Source: a virus (Duplodnaviria; Caudoviricetes). From it: 63,112 nucleotides of DNA. The translations under genes were made by a program, and so were the position numbers. The stretch's first letter is position 1; the number at the start of each line of letters is the position of its first letter. Positions 27,901-35,831 of the stretch are shown here, piece after piece. Location of the stretch: positions 1 through 63,112 of IMG/VR virus record IMGVR_UViG_3300044988_000895; one strand, given 5' to 3'. The notes below the pieces were generated by a model that made no database searches, was not told the origin of the DNA, and saw only the letters and a list, made by a program, of their open reading frames with translations.

Positions 27901-30850
27901 CTTCTTCTTTTTCTACTCTCATCATTTTTCCATCATGCTTCATTTGAACTTTTTCAGCCTTCATTTTTTTCTTTTGATGTTCTTCAATCTTGCGTTGAAG
28001 TCTGAAATCCACACCACTTCCTTCTGCTTCTGCTTTACTTTTCAAACCTGCCTTCATCTTTTCCAATCCGCTTTCCGATATTCCTCTTTTTTGTGCAGCA
28101 GCAATTTTTTCTGTATCTGAAATGCCAGCTGGTTTTGGTGGAGCAATCTTGGGAGCAGTAGTTCCTTCTCTAATGGATTTTTGTTCAAGCAATCTTTGCT
28201 TGAGTGCATCGTTAGCTTGTTTGTCTACTTTTCCAACAGTACTTGCCGGAATAGGAGGTGGTGTAGGCGTTGTTGGTGCTGTTGTTGGTTTAGCTTGCGT
28301 TAATGCAGCCATTGGATCTGCTTTGCCAGCTGTTGGTTTAGCTTGAGTCAATGCAGCCATTGGATCTGGTTTACCAGACGCTTGCGGTACTGGTGTCTTT
28401 CCTTTATCTCCCATGCAACAATTTTTAATTGTTTCATGAATTGCAAGAAGGATTTTTTCCAGATGTATATCATGGACGAATATAGATCCTCTTTTTAGAG
28501 CCTTTTCTGCCATTTCCCTTACTTTTGGATCAGAATGTTTTTTCATTTCTTCAAGAGATTTTTTATCAATTCTGAAATCACTAGAAGTATCTGATCCTTC
28601 TTTACCCCATCCTTTTGCCCAACTCCAAAATCGTTCTATATGTCTGCCCAATCCAACTACACCAGCCACAACAGCCAATAACGGAACAATTAATTTTCCA
28701 ATCCAAGAATTGAATATACTACTCAATCCATTTTGACTTAAATTTCTAAGCGTGTCATTGATTTCCATTAATGATTGGGCAGAAGATGACACAGGATCAA
28801 GTTGTGCTTTACTTGCAGTCGAAGCTTCTTGTTCTGCTTTTGTAATTTTCGCAGTAAGCTCACGAATTGCAGTTGGATCTTTTATTGCTTTTTCAATTTC
28901 ATCACTACTTATTTTAAGTTCTGCTTTTCCCGCATCTTTAAGTTGTTTATTTACTCCATCAAGTGCATTGGTGATTGCTCCTCTTGCAACATCAGTTTCA
29001 GATGTCCATGCTACACCTAAAGCTTTAAGATCACCTTCAAATGTACTTCTTTGTTTACTGAATTTTCCTAATGCTTCTCCCATATCTTTCGAAGAAGAAG
29101 CAGCTTTATCTATAGACGCTAACACTTCCATGGATTTGCTAAGTTTTAATTTTCTTTCTTCTTCTACAATTCCAGCCCTTTCCTCAAGCGTTAAATTCTT
29201 TTGTTTTTTCTTATTTAAATTATCTAATTTGTCTGATAATGTTTCACTTGATGCACCAACAGCTTCTAATGTATTTAACAATTCTCCAGCTTCCATACCA
29301 TAAGCAGCTTTAAGAGAAATATTCATTCTTGCTTTTGTGAAATCATCCATGTTTTCAAGACTAGCTCGCATTTCTTCGGCATTATTACCAGCAATGCCAA
29401 ATTGACCTGCTATACTTTTCATTCCTTGATATAAACCTTGTAAGCTCTTTTTATTCTTTAAAAGACTTCCACTTAAAAGTTCCGATGTCAATCCAACTCT
29501 ACTTGCACTTTGTGCAAGCAAAGTAAATGTTTCTGAATTTCCTTCTAATAATTTATTTGTAGATGATAACATCGTTAAAATTTGAGAACCATCAGCACCA
29601 AATTTCTTGAAATTAGCACCAAGTTCAATTATATTCTTATAACTCTGAGCAGTTAAATTTCCTGCTTTTTGCATGTTCTTTGAAAATTCTGCACTAGAGT
29701 CTATAACTCCCTTTAATTTGTCGCCAGTAAGACCAGTGAACCTAGCAACATCTCTCATCCCACGACCCATGTCAGCAACTTCAGCTGTATTCATGTGGAG
29801 ATCAGTCGCCATGGTTTGGAATGTATCTTTCAACGATTCAGCTTCCATTCCCAATTGCCGTTCTGTGTTTAATTGTGCGACAGTAATTTTTTGTGCTATT
29901 TTGGCATTTTTAATACCTATTTTCATAGTATCGATATAATTTTTTGCAAATACATCACGACTAACACCTGTTGCTTTTACTGTTTTACCAAAATCTTCAA
30001 AAGATTTATTTAATGATTTGCTATTTTTTGTTGCTCCTTCAATTTCATAAGCTATCGCTCTGGTTTGTTGTATGATTTCAATATCTTTTCTTATTAGCCC
30101 ATCAAGCATTTTGCCAAAAACTCCACCTGACAAACCAAGTAAACCTTCACTTATCCATCCTTCTATAGTCCTAGCAGTTTCTTTTCCTTGTCTTAACATT
30201 CTTCCATAAAAAGCTTTTTGTTGCTTTTCTGTTCTTTTAAATGCTGTTTCAATATCTTTTTCGCCACCACCACCGCCACCACCACCTTTGTCGCCACCGC
30301 CACCACCTTTGTCGCCACCGCCACCAGCATAATCCGCTGGTAATTTAAGTTCTGGAATGTCAGTTGTTACAACTCCCATTTTTTTTGCTATATTTTTTAA
30401 GTCTTTGCCAATATCTTTTAAAAGATGTTCGCAATGTATATCGTGAGTGTATATTGAACCTTTGTGAAGACCTTTTTTAGCCAAATCTTCCATTGATTTA
30501 AAAGCTTTATCATTGCTTTTATTTTTTTTGTCTTTTTTTTCTTTTGGATTTTTTTTATTTTCTTCTTTTGAATTTTTAATTTCTGTCAAAACACTAATCA
30601 TTTGTTTGATGTAATCTTTTTGTTCTTTTATGTCGTTGGAGAAACTTTTTGTATATTGTTCAAATAAAGATGTAAGTTTTGAAACTGAACCAGATGATGT
30701 AGATTCAGAAGATTTCCCACCAACAGTCTTAGCTTCACCAACTCCAACCTTTAATCCACTACTGAGCAATTCTTTAATTTGCCCCAAGGTCATATTTGAG
30801 GTGTTTTGACCTTGTATGAATCTTCCCAAACTATCTGTCATCTCTGCCAT
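18908..30850 (-). CDS. Giant tape-measure-like protein (3980 aa)
   Basis: Helical Ala/Gly/Ile-rich, hydrophobic central block, periodic W/F repeats, upstream of baseplate genes. Confidence 0.85.
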   Translation of the reverse strand: MAEMTDSLGRFIQGQNTSNMTLGQIKELLSSGLKVGVGEAKTVGGKSSESTSSGSVSKLTSLFEQYTKSFSNDIKEQKDYIKQMISVLTEIKNSKEENKKNPKEKKDKKNKSNDKAFKSMEDLAKKGLHKGSIYTHDIHCEHLLKDIGKDLKNIAKKMGVVTTDIPELKLPADYAGGGGDKGGGGGDKGGGGGGGGEKDIETAFKRTEKQQKAFYGRMLRQGKETARTIEGWISEGLLGLSGGVFGKMLDGLIRKDIEIIQQTRAIAYEIEGATKNSKSLNKSFEDFGKTVKATGVSRDVFAKNYIDTMKIGIKNAKIAQKITVAQLNTERQLGMEAESLKDTFQTMATDLHMNTAEVADMGRGMRDVARFTGLTGDKLKGVIDSSAEFSKNMQKAGNLTAQSYKNIIELGANFKKFGADGSQILTMLSSTNKLLEGNSETFTLLAQSASRVGLTSELLSGSLLKNKKSLQGLYQGMKSIAGQFGIAGNNAEEMRASLENMDDFTKARMNISLKAAYGMEAGELLNTLEAVGASSETLSDKLDNLNKKKQKNLTLEERAGIVEEERKLKLSKSMEVLASIDKAASSSKDMGEALGKFSKQRSTFEGDLKALGVAWTSETDVARGAITNALDGVNKQLKDAGKAELKISSDEIEKAIKDPTAIRELTAKITKAEQEASTASKAQLDPVSSSAQSLMEINDTLRNLSQNGLSSIFNSWIGKLIVPLLAVVAGVVGLGRHIERFWSWAKGWGKEGSDTSSDFRIDKKSLEEMKKHSDPKVREMAEKALKRGSIFVHDIHLEKILLAIHETIKNCCMGDKGKTPVPQASGKPDPMAALTQAKPTAGKADPMAALTQAKPTTAPTTPTPPPIPASTVGKVDKQANDALKQRLLEQKSIREGTTAPKIAPPKPAGISDTEKIAAAQKRGISESGLEKMKAGLKSKAEAEGSGVDFRLQRKIEEHQKKKMKAEKVQMKHDGKMMRVEKEEVKVGMPAADSSFLEDAISQIKNIKTEDLIKAGGILMALAAALVILGIGIVFLGSKLLKLTGLDLATVAETAAVVVAVGAAAGGIAYASLELLGKIEELKSSGFMEKFKGGNAKELLMVAGAVAILGPILIILGAAVIKAAQLITSKLDLDLSKILEVSAIVVALGVAAGGIAVASVELIEQLEKVNWESIDFANVLLGAAVLLVIGPAMVLLGAAIIKMSDLILGAFNLDLKTVIRVGATVAAIMLAAGLIALAAIAALPELFELGLFAELLLSNPLTLWTIGYGAAALLVLAPAIVLLGAAIIKMSDWILGAFNLDASTALKIGMTVAGVIAAAAIIAVAVLGAVAGLAGLGVLATTYPSWLWMMPLGAGALLVLTPAILMLAVAIIRMSEWLLGSFNLDASTAWEIGMTVAGVIAAAAVIAVAILGAVYGLTQLGVLASTYIAWGWMFLLGAGALLALTPVILTLASAVIKMSEGILGAFGLDSGKALEVAENVAGIIAAAALIAIGIIAAIAGLTYLGILATMVYTYAPLMLLGAAALLLLTRPIIALASNIISLADSVLGSSEIDPTKAKETTEAVASILNSAGDIAIGILSATAGLVALGSLVVYAGPLAGMLAVGALALLVLTPAILLLSGAILKMANALSFEKGQAEKIVENLDATLDATTSIALSIIKMANKLAIISVLAMSAIFLIPLLYLGSWALWALTLPIRSYVTAVTNFYDSLVEIISPKKAVEMGKGVSGIMGAVGTVTEEIMKAKDKLSNLSQYAGFFDFLIGNSLAKTMYAGGKVLRALMLPTAYYAISVVNFSRFLASIIEPKKATQMGKDVAELLAGIAAVTDEIMKVKDKLANFPEYGSFWNWLTNNKLPDQMWKGVATLLEIMNPTKMYVMAIVLFSRNIASIIDPRKATEMGRGVAEILAGVASVNEEIMKVKDKLINVPKHSGFWTWLRGIPLQETLREGVLALHEMMGPVTTYIQTIVAFSKRVGSVINPKLAKSMGQGVADIIDGCMVVTDAIYKAKDKLVNVPKYSKFWAWVSGGSLSEIMDQGVLALKDIMEPTKKYIESIVTFSKTVGSVINPKQAKEMGQGVADVIDGCMVVTDAIYKVKDKLKKVPMHSKFWEFFGGGTLQDSMNEGVYALNSMMAPVKNYAASIVKFSKSVGEVINPKQAKEMGQGIADILASIGQVSDEIIKAKDKILSVGGLTNAVKDFVKLYGAAIAFRIMGSGILSFTNAMVGVVKQIESKVDVETGKRLISVMKNVGELVSLTAQTVKDLNEKILPLTEAGWFSGSIVSQLNSAMPQFQSFFSTVPKFITDAIVKPMNTAFKDVQGLQDAGMKIKAIGILLSQVHPVIQQMQSKIVPYTESGFFNAAPIDKIKAGMDAMRNFFTEVASFITNGIVIPVTKNMASDDDLIDANLQLTRMAVVLGSAGRVIKGMMGVIAYMDPASFFSQAPVEKIMKNKDEFQRSFIAIAEFVKDGIVKPALSVGDSGQLKTAAERLCQTASIMRSTAIVLKSVDQTFGLMESKSIFSDSPITKIMKNKDEFQRTFLAISQFIRDGIVTPVLATFPDPSIMVSAAVIMQSMAKTISAVPPIIKNLAAAIGLMTESKSFFAKTPVETIMKNKDAFAKYFRTVAAFVRDAIVVEINTAFSDVPISKIVEATSILTNLSKIISIIPKVIKGVSDGLIPLVVSKDAIKKAPLKAISESKEDFANYFRETAAFLRDGVVMPILEEFPDASILAKATSIITMIAQLLPNIPRVINQTAQGLIPLVVSRDAMKKAPMKMIKSSKDIFSEYFVSVAEFLRDGIVTPILEVLPDTKTIAKATSIITMMAQLLPTIPRVINSLSSLLGLLDPKDCMKDSPMAMLAKNAIIFEIYFYTIATFLKEGIIEPILSGMVDSKDLQKANQAISNMDLVIREIPVFIQRLSDGLSSLMFSGYFDFAIFSAAKIVGAWFSGIAYALIDGIIIPLRLLPDDSELKEIITKLQSVTQIFGDIRQTLDSFAINLQPLTEGGFFTKSPIASLYSSAKIFAEYWSAITSFIANGIIKPISQLSPSAEIDESSNKLKKSTEIFGEIRNTIEFLTIALEPLTSGGIFSSSPIASLASSAQTFSTYWSAIATFIQTGIITPVNQMSGVEELKSTSQKLGVISSIINGVKGVIDSFSQQIQPLTGSWLQNIFNMSPMAYMLESAKNFASYWVSIASFIQIGIITPVSQMSSVEELKTTSQKLNIISNIINGVRGVIDSFSQQIQPLTGNWLQNIFNMSPMAYMLESAKNFASYWTGIAHFIQTGIIEPVNKMSSVDKLNEVMSKLNFVSGVLKAVRGVIDTFSEQIQPLTGNWLQTLLGISPIATMYESAKSFASYWTGIAHFIQVGIIEPVFKISGVDKLKEVIDKLNFVSGVLKAVRVVIDTFSEQIQPLTGNWLTRLFAISPIATMYESAKSFASYWTGIAHFIQVGIIEPVNKMSNVEKLTEVINKLNFVSGILKAVRVVIDTFSEQIQPLTGNWLSNIFVKSPIATMYESAKSFASYWAGIANFIQVGIIEPVNKMSNVEKLTEVMTKLTFVSGIFIGVRKVIDTFSEQIQPLTGSWLSNIFVKSPIATMYESAKSFASYWTGIANFIQIGIIEPVNRMSNVEKLTEVMTKLTFVSGILIGVRKVIDTFSEQIQPLTGSWLSNIFVKSPIATMYESAKTFASYWIGIANFINNGIIRPISTLPDASSLNEITKSLVVLPDILKEVYNVSASLSENIAPLTDGGWFTKSPIEKIYKSIKTFSSYWVGISSFLTNGIINPIMNNLPDSTELTEALTRIKLVADMLIEIQKAMFGMSNIMLNMSSMNLPGMNIDDISGLETQFGAMAKLTNAAGSQIGGLSASGGAMEANNPVATAIPPEPSMREKVQKEVVTSEPNSSTVSSPELTEIASEAVTQTELNEQMVELLTQIKDALGDTDNSTKSSAGGMGGDTEARKVRNKPFMNTKWAYGSFLQTGGKGVTNVGSGTK
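19770..21860 (-). repeat. About eight tandem 249-bp (83-aa) repeats in tape measure
   Basis: Anchor motif at 19841, 20090, 20339, 20588, 20837, 21086, 21335 (exact 249 spacing). Confidence 0.9.
24340..25700 (-). repeat. 261-bp (87-aa) repeats in tape measure
   Basis: ccttgacccat at 24375, 24636, 24897; I(N/D)PKxAxxMGxGVA recurs. Confidence 0.8.
25980..27800 (-). repeat. Approx. 252-bp (84-aa) hydrophobic repeats in tape measure
   Basis: gcagtagatgcatcaagattaaatg at 26688 and 26940; ALLVLxPAIxxL recurs. Confidence 0.75.
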
Positions 30851-30909
30851 TAAAATTCCTACTGTATTTTGAGTTTTACTTAATAGATTGTCACTTTCTC
30901 AATTCGTAT

Positions 30910-31467
30910 CTAAATTACTGGCGTTGCTTCCGCTGCCGGGTTTGTTAGTCGGGTTATTTGTTCTCGAACAGACTTACGAATCGCTTCGACTTCTGAAGGA
31001 TTAATTGACCTTACTGAAGCGAGAACATTGAGTAGAAAAGCACAATCTAAAACCTTGATCTGCCTTATTCCACTTTTCTTATATTGTCTAAAGGCACTGA
31101 TCAGTGGTATATATTGCTTTTGTTTCAAAGAATCGTAGGTAAAATTAGTATTATTACAATTACTTTGAAGAAGATTTCTAATCTCATTAAAACTTAAGTA
31201 ATGTAAATTAACTCCTCGCAAATCAATTCTATTTTTCGTCTTAACCAAATAATCTCTATCGGTCACCAAAACCAATGGATAAGGATCATGATTTGGCTTG
31301 TTAAATGTGTAATTGAAAGCAATAAGTGTGCCTTTTTGAATTGTTTGATTCATCTTAACAATTGAAGGACCAAATTGATTTGCTGGCAATGTTCCACCAT
31401 ATATGCTTTTTCCAAAAGCACTGGCATTTAATTGAGCAGGTGTGAATAGGTTTGGGATCATTGACAT
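30910..31467 (-). CDS. T4 gp2-like DNA end protector protein
   Basis: FNY...DPYPLVLV...GVNLHYL...FRQY motifs; true start may be second ATG (31461). Confidence 0.7.
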   Translation of the reverse strand: MSMIPNLFTPAQLNASAFGKSIYGGTLPANQFGPSIVKMNQTIQKGTLIAFNYTFNKPNHDPYPLVLVTDRDYLVKTKNRIDLRGVNLHYLSFNEIRNLLQSNCNNTNFTYDSLKQKQYIPLISAFRQYKKSGIRQIKVLDCAFLLNVLASVRSINPSEVEAIRKSVREQITRLTNPAAEATPVI

Positions 31468-31513
31468 ATTTAGGATTCTAAATTCAAAAACTATTATATT
31501 AAAAGAGGTAAAT

Positions 31514-31933
31514 ATGATTGATGAACTAATGAAGCAAACACTATATGAGGCACAAGAAATGTTTAGGCTTCATGGAGAAATGATACCGATTTTATTTATG
31601 AAACTTCTAAATGTAGAAGAAATGGTCATCGAATATCCAGATATGAATACACCTCAAGGAAATGCTGAAAGTATTACAAAAATAAAAAACATGATTGAAA
31701 GTGGCGAATTGTTAGAATATATTTTTATGACAGATGGTAAGCGAAAAAACAATCAGCTTTGCTTAGTGGTTATTCGGGCAAGTCACAAAAAAGAAACTCA
31801 ATATATTTGTTCTGTATATGAAGATGAGGATTATGAATTTTCTAGTTGGGAAATTTTTGATGGTAGCAAACTACATGCTAATAAAAATTCAATGAATAAC
31901 TTATTTGGCAGAGTTAATTGCAAATTTAATTAA
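31514..31933 (+). CDS. Hypothetical protein
   Basis: ATG at 31514 with GAGGT SD, in frame with tracked ORF. Confidence 0.7.
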   Translation: MIDELMKQTLYEAQEMFRLHGEMIPILFMKLLNVEEMVIEYPDMNTPQGNAESITKIKNMIESGELLEYIFMTDGKRKNNQLCLVVIRASHKKETQYICSVYEDEDYEFSSWEIFDGSKLHANKNSMNNLFGRVNCKFN

Positions 31934-32067
31934 AAAATCCATAAGTCTAATGATTTCAATTACTTAAGAAAAATAAAAATAAACATAATTTTAAGTTACA
32001 GATTCAAAAAAAGTAATATACTAATTGTAGATTTGATTGTAGTTTTTTATTACAAAGGTATATTGCT

Positions 32068-32508
32068 ATGAAGTACAGATGCCCAAAATGTGATATAAGC
32101 CTAGAGTCTAATTATAGCAGATATTATGTTTGGAGATGCGAAGAATGTCTTCATAAGGCTCGTGGAATACATTGGGATGCTAATATGGTAGATTATTACC
32201 TAAAAGCCATTCCATTTTCTCCATTATTTTGGAAAAGATATATTTTTACGCCTTCGGATAGGACATATGACTTCAAATTTGAAGGTGGCGGTCCAGATGT
32301 AACTGCTTGTCCTTTTTGTGGCAGCGATGTCTATGGCAATAATGGCAGTACCAAAGATGGTTCTTGGCCATCTGTATGCAGTTCTTGTTGTCGTTCTTTG
32401 CCAATTCATCAATATAAAGAAAAAGAAACCAATATAGTTGAGGAAAATATTCCAGAACAAAAAAAACCAGATTATGAAAAGCTACGAAAGCTCATAAATA
32501 GACTATAA
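32068..32508 (+). CDS. Zinc-ribbon protein
   Basis: Four CxxC pairs (CPKC, CEEC, CPFC, CSSC). Confidence 0.7.
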   Translation: MKYRCPKCDISLESNYSRYYVWRCEECLHKARGIHWDANMVDYYLKAIPFSPLFWKRYIFTPSDRTYDFKFEGGGPDVTACPFCGSDVYGNNGSTKDGSWPSVCSSCCRSLPIHQYKEKETNIVEENIPEQKKPDYEKLRKLINRL

Positions 32509-32519
32509 GGAGGTAATGC

Positions 32520-33080
32520 ATGAATCAGCTTATAGAGAAAAATTTGAGCGATCTAATATCAAGTGTTGAAGGCAAAAATGTAGGCATTATTTCCGCCTTT
32601 CGTTCTGCCTATGATAAAAAAGAAAATCTAAGAAGGACTAAAGAGTTGCAAAATGATTTGAATCATGCTGGTCTTAGATTTACTAAACTGACAGGTCATT
32701 ATATTGAAGGTTTTGGATCGAAATCTGAAAAAGCACCAAAAAAAGAAATCTCTTTTCTTGTTTTTGCCGATAAAAATGATGATGACAAAGGGCTTGAGCA
32801 AATAATGAAAGAATTAGGCGAAAAATACAACCAAGATTCAATTATATTCAAGCCATTTGATAGTGATAGTGCCACTTTAATTGGAACATCTAAACATGAT
32901 GAATACGGAAATAAGATAGTATTTCCCGGATTCAAAAAAGAAATTGAATTGGGCGAATTCAAGCCCGATAAAATGGGAGATTTTTATTCCAGAATGAAAG
33001 GCAGAAATTTTGTTTTTGAATCTTTTGTCTTTCAGCCTTTTTCTTTGTTTGTTGAGAACAAAGATAGAATTCGAGCATAA
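32520..33080 (+). CDS. Conserved phage hypothetical protein
   Basis: GIISAFR, GHYIE, EISFLV, LGEKYNQDSIIF; strong AAGGAGG SD. Confidence 0.75.
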   Translation: MNQLIEKNLSDLISSVEGKNVGIISAFRSAYDKKENLRRTKELQNDLNHAGLRFTKLTGHYIEGFGSKSEKAPKKEISFLVFADKNDDDKGLEQIMKELGEKYNQDSIIFKPFDSDSATLIGTSKHDEYGNKIVFPGFKKEIELGEFKPDKMGDFYSRMKGRNFVFESFVFQPFSLFVENKDRIRA

Positions 33081-33083
33081 CAA

Positions 33084-33431
33084 ATGCCTGTAAAACAATT
33101 GTATCTTTGCAGTTCCTGCAAAAAATCTGGTGTTAGAAGCATCAGATCAAAAGTTTTTGAATCATTTTTTTGCCCAAAATGCAAAAAAGATACAACTCTA
33201 TTTTTGCCGAAAGAGAAATTTGTGAATCAAGATATTATCCCAATGGAAAATAAAATTAAAAGTGTAATCAAAGAAGAAAATCACACTATAGTCGAAGAAG
33301 AAAAATGCATTGAAATTAAAAATTCAGATTTAATCAAAGAAAATGGAACACATATGTTTTCAATAAGAGATGTTGTGACATTTATGCTTGGATTCATTAT
33401 CGCCTTATTTTTAATGAAATTTTGTTTGTAA
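33084..33431 (+). CDS. Zn-finger protein with C-terminal membrane anchor
   Basis: CSSC, CPKC; hydrophobic tail VVTFMLGFIIALFLM. Confidence 0.65.
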   Translation: MPVKQLYLCSSCKKSGVRSIRSKVFESFFCPKCKKDTTLFLPKEKFVNQDIIPMENKIKSVIKEENHTIVEEEKCIEIKNSDLIKENGTHMFSIRDVVTFMLGFIIALFLMKFCL

Positions 33432-33444
33432 TTCTACATAAAAT

Positions 33445-34008
33445 ATGAAAATAAAAACATTACTTGGCGAACCAAGATTGAATCGCCTTAGAATTTACAC
33501 ACAAATGACCAATTGTATTTCTGGATCTATCGCAGAAATCGGTGTATATAAAGGTGGAAGTGCTTTGTGTATTGCAAGACATAAAGCAAAAGAAAGAAAA
33601 TTTTATTGCTTTGATACATTCGAAGGAATGCCACCAACCAATAAAGAATTTGATAATCATCATAAAGAAAAAGATTTCAATGACACTGATTATTCTTCAA
33701 TCAAAGAAGTTTTGGAAAAATTCCAAGAAACAAAAGTTTTTAAAGGTAAATTTCCAGAATTTAATTCAGAAGTTATAATAAATGAAAAATTTTCAATGGT
33801 TCATATAGATGTTGATATCTATCAAAGCTACAAGGATTGTCTTGAATTTTTTTATCCAAGAATGGTTTCTGGTGGAATCATGACTTTCGATGATTATAAT
33901 CAAAAAACATGCTTGGGAGCAAAGAAGGCAGTAGATGAATTTTTTCAAGATAAAAAAGAATCATTAATTTGGACTCTTTCATCTCAAATAAGCATTGTCA
34001 AACAATAA
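33445..34008 (+). CDS. TylF/MycF/NovP-family O-methyltransferase
   Basis: EIGVYKGGS, FDTFEGMP, VHIDVDIYQS, FDDY, GAKKAVDEFF. Confidence 0.9.
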   Translation: MKIKTLLGEPRLNRLRIYTQMTNCISGSIAEIGVYKGGSALCIARHKAKERKFYCFDTFEGMPPTNKEFDNHHKEKDFNDTDYSSIKEVLEKFQETKVFKGKFPEFNSEVIINEKFSMVHIDVDIYQSYKDCLEFFYPRMVSGGIMTFDDYNQKTCLGAKKAVDEFFQDKKESLIWTLSSQISIVKQ

Positions 34009-34485
34009 TTACAATTTATTGAATATCAAGCTGCTATAATCGGACCCGCCAGTTTTAAGAACATAACCACTATCTGGTTTTGTTCCTGCAAGTTCTTCTT
34101 CTGCTTTTCCAGTCAATTCAAAAAATCTATTGATTTCTCTTTTGACATTTTCGCTAACTCTTTTAGCTGCTTCATCTGATTCAATGTTGTCGCTCATGTG
34201 ATCAGCGAACATTTTTTCTAAATCAAGAGAATATGCTTTTCCAAATGGCTGTGTGTCTTCGGCATTTTGAATTTTATAGGCATAAGTGTCTCCTATTGGA
34301 TAAACCCTAATTCCTTCAAAAGTAAAATTTTCATTTGGAGCATAAACAAAAAGATAAGGATCATCTTCGGACAAAAAAGATTTTACCTTTAAAGAATCTT
34401 TTCCAGACTTTAAAATCTTCTCAATTAATTTTAAATGATCTCTAGATTCTCTCTCACGATGATTAACAAATTCATTAAATTGCAT
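34009..34485 (-). CDS. Hypothetical protein with capsid-targeting-like N-terminus
   Basis: MQFNEFVNHRE start; AAGGAG SD. Confidence 0.7.
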   Translation of the reverse strand: MQFNEFVNHRERESRDHLKLIEKILKSGKDSLKVKSFLSEDDPYLFVYAPNENFTFEGIRVYPIGDTYAYKIQNAEDTQPFGKAYSLDLEKMFADHMSDNIESDEAAKRVSENVKREINRFFELTGKAEEELAGTKPDSGYVLKTGGSDYSSLIFNKL

Positions 34486-34500
34486 TATAATCTCCTTAAA

Positions 34501-35823
34501 TTAACGAGCAAGTGATTTGTCTCTTTGCTCTCCATCTGTTTTTACTACTTTTTCCCAGCTGCTTTTTAAATAGTTTTTAAATTCTTTGTGTAAATTTTCT
34601 CCTGTTCGTAATTTATGACGATCAATAATATTTACATTTATATTTAATTGTTTAACATCATAGTCATAGGAGTCTGGATTTTTTTCAAAATGCTCCCAAG
34701 CTTTATCGAAATTTGATGGATCTTTACCAGTCAATTCTGAATATTTATTTTTTAGTTTTCCCAATCGAACTGCGATTTCATTTTTATCAAATAAATATTT
34801 TTCTTTTTTATCTTTTAGTTTATCGCCAAATAAAATATTTTCTTCTGGTCCAACATCTTGCATGGTATGACGAAGTTCATGTTTCAACGCAACTATTCTT
34901 TCTTCTTCTGAAAGGCTTCCTTTGACTACGCAATATTCTAATTTCTTGCCACCAATGGTTACATAATCACAAAATCCATCGGCATTAATCCCAAAAGATA
35001 ATGGATCGACAAGCAATACTGGTATATTATTTTCAATTCTTGAAACATCTAGCATTTCTTTTGTTTTATCTTTTTTTTGTGCTGCTCCTGCACTACTCAA
35101 TACATCTTTATATTTATCGCCATAACCAGACTGAATAAAATCTTTTGGCTTATAAAATTTAAAATTTGATTTTGGATCTGCTTCGTTAAGCCGAAGACCC
35201 TTGTCGGCAAATTTCTTATTTAATCCACGAACTAATATTTTCAAATCATCGTCTGACCACTTATGATCTTCTCCTTTTTGTGCAACTTTTTCGTCTTCTT
35301 TTTTTTCTGGATTTTTTTGGTCAAAAGTTGGAGTTTGAGAAAACTTTAATCTTAAAGTGAAATCTTTATTTTGATTAGAGTTTATTTTCTCAGCTAATTC
35401 TTTTGCAAAAATAGGGCGATTAAGATCTTTTATATCATAAACACGATTTGGATAACCATATTTCTTTGGTAATTTTGCATTTACCATTCTGATGATATCA
35501 GAAACATCTTTTACGGCATTATAGCTTGAATTTTTAGCTGGAATATTAATTGTTAAAATTCCATTTTCAAATTCATGTGTAATCTTAGGAAGACTTGCTG
35601 TTTTTACTGGCATATCTGGTGCTGCTTTAGCATCGCCACCTCCAAATAATCCACCAATACCCATTAAAAGTGGTGCAGCATACTTACCAATCGATTCATT
35701 ATTTATATCGTCATATAAATCTATGTCTCTTTTTTCAAGGAATGATTTGAAGGCATCGCTATATGAAGCCATGCCTTTTAAACTAATATCATCTCTTTTT
35801 TTAATCCATTCTGAAAAAATCAT
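34501..35823 (-). CDS. Putative zincin metalloprotease with capsid-targeting-like N-terminus
   Basis: Start re-placed to ATG 35823 (GAGGA SD), MIFSEWIKK; HELRH motif with downstream E (NEIAVR). Confidence 0.65.
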   Translation of the reverse strand: MIFSEWIKKRDDISLKGMASYSDAFKSFLEKRDIDLYDDINNESIGKYAAPLLMGIGGLFGGGDAKAAPDMPVKTASLPKITHEFENGILTINIPAKNSSYNAVKDVSDIIRMVNAKLPKKYGYPNRVYDIKDLNRPIFAKELAEKINSNQNKDFTLRLKFSQTPTFDQKNPEKKEDEKVAQKGEDHKWSDDDLKILVRGLNKKFADKGLRLNEADPKSNFKFYKPKDFIQSGYGDKYKDVLSSAGAAQKKDKTKEMLDVSRIENNIPVLLVDPLSFGINADGFCDYVTIGGKKLEYCVVKGSLSEEERIVALKHELRHTMQDVGPEENILFGDKLKDKKEKYLFDKNEIAVRLGKLKNKYSELTGKDPSNFDKAWEHFEKNPDSYDYDVKQLNINVNIIDRHKLRTGENLHKEFKNYLKSSWEKVVKTDGEQRDKSLAR

Positions 35824-35831
35824 TATTCCTC

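Noticed and set aside
19596-29939. Many + strand ORFs (up to 318 aa) within the tape measure
   Set aside because: Antisense mirror frames of a repetitive Ala/Ile-rich gene
30851-30909. Tail-assembly-chaperone programmed frameshift upstream of tape measure
   Set aside because: Upstream gene is gp2-like and ends cleanly; no chaperone pair or slippery site identified
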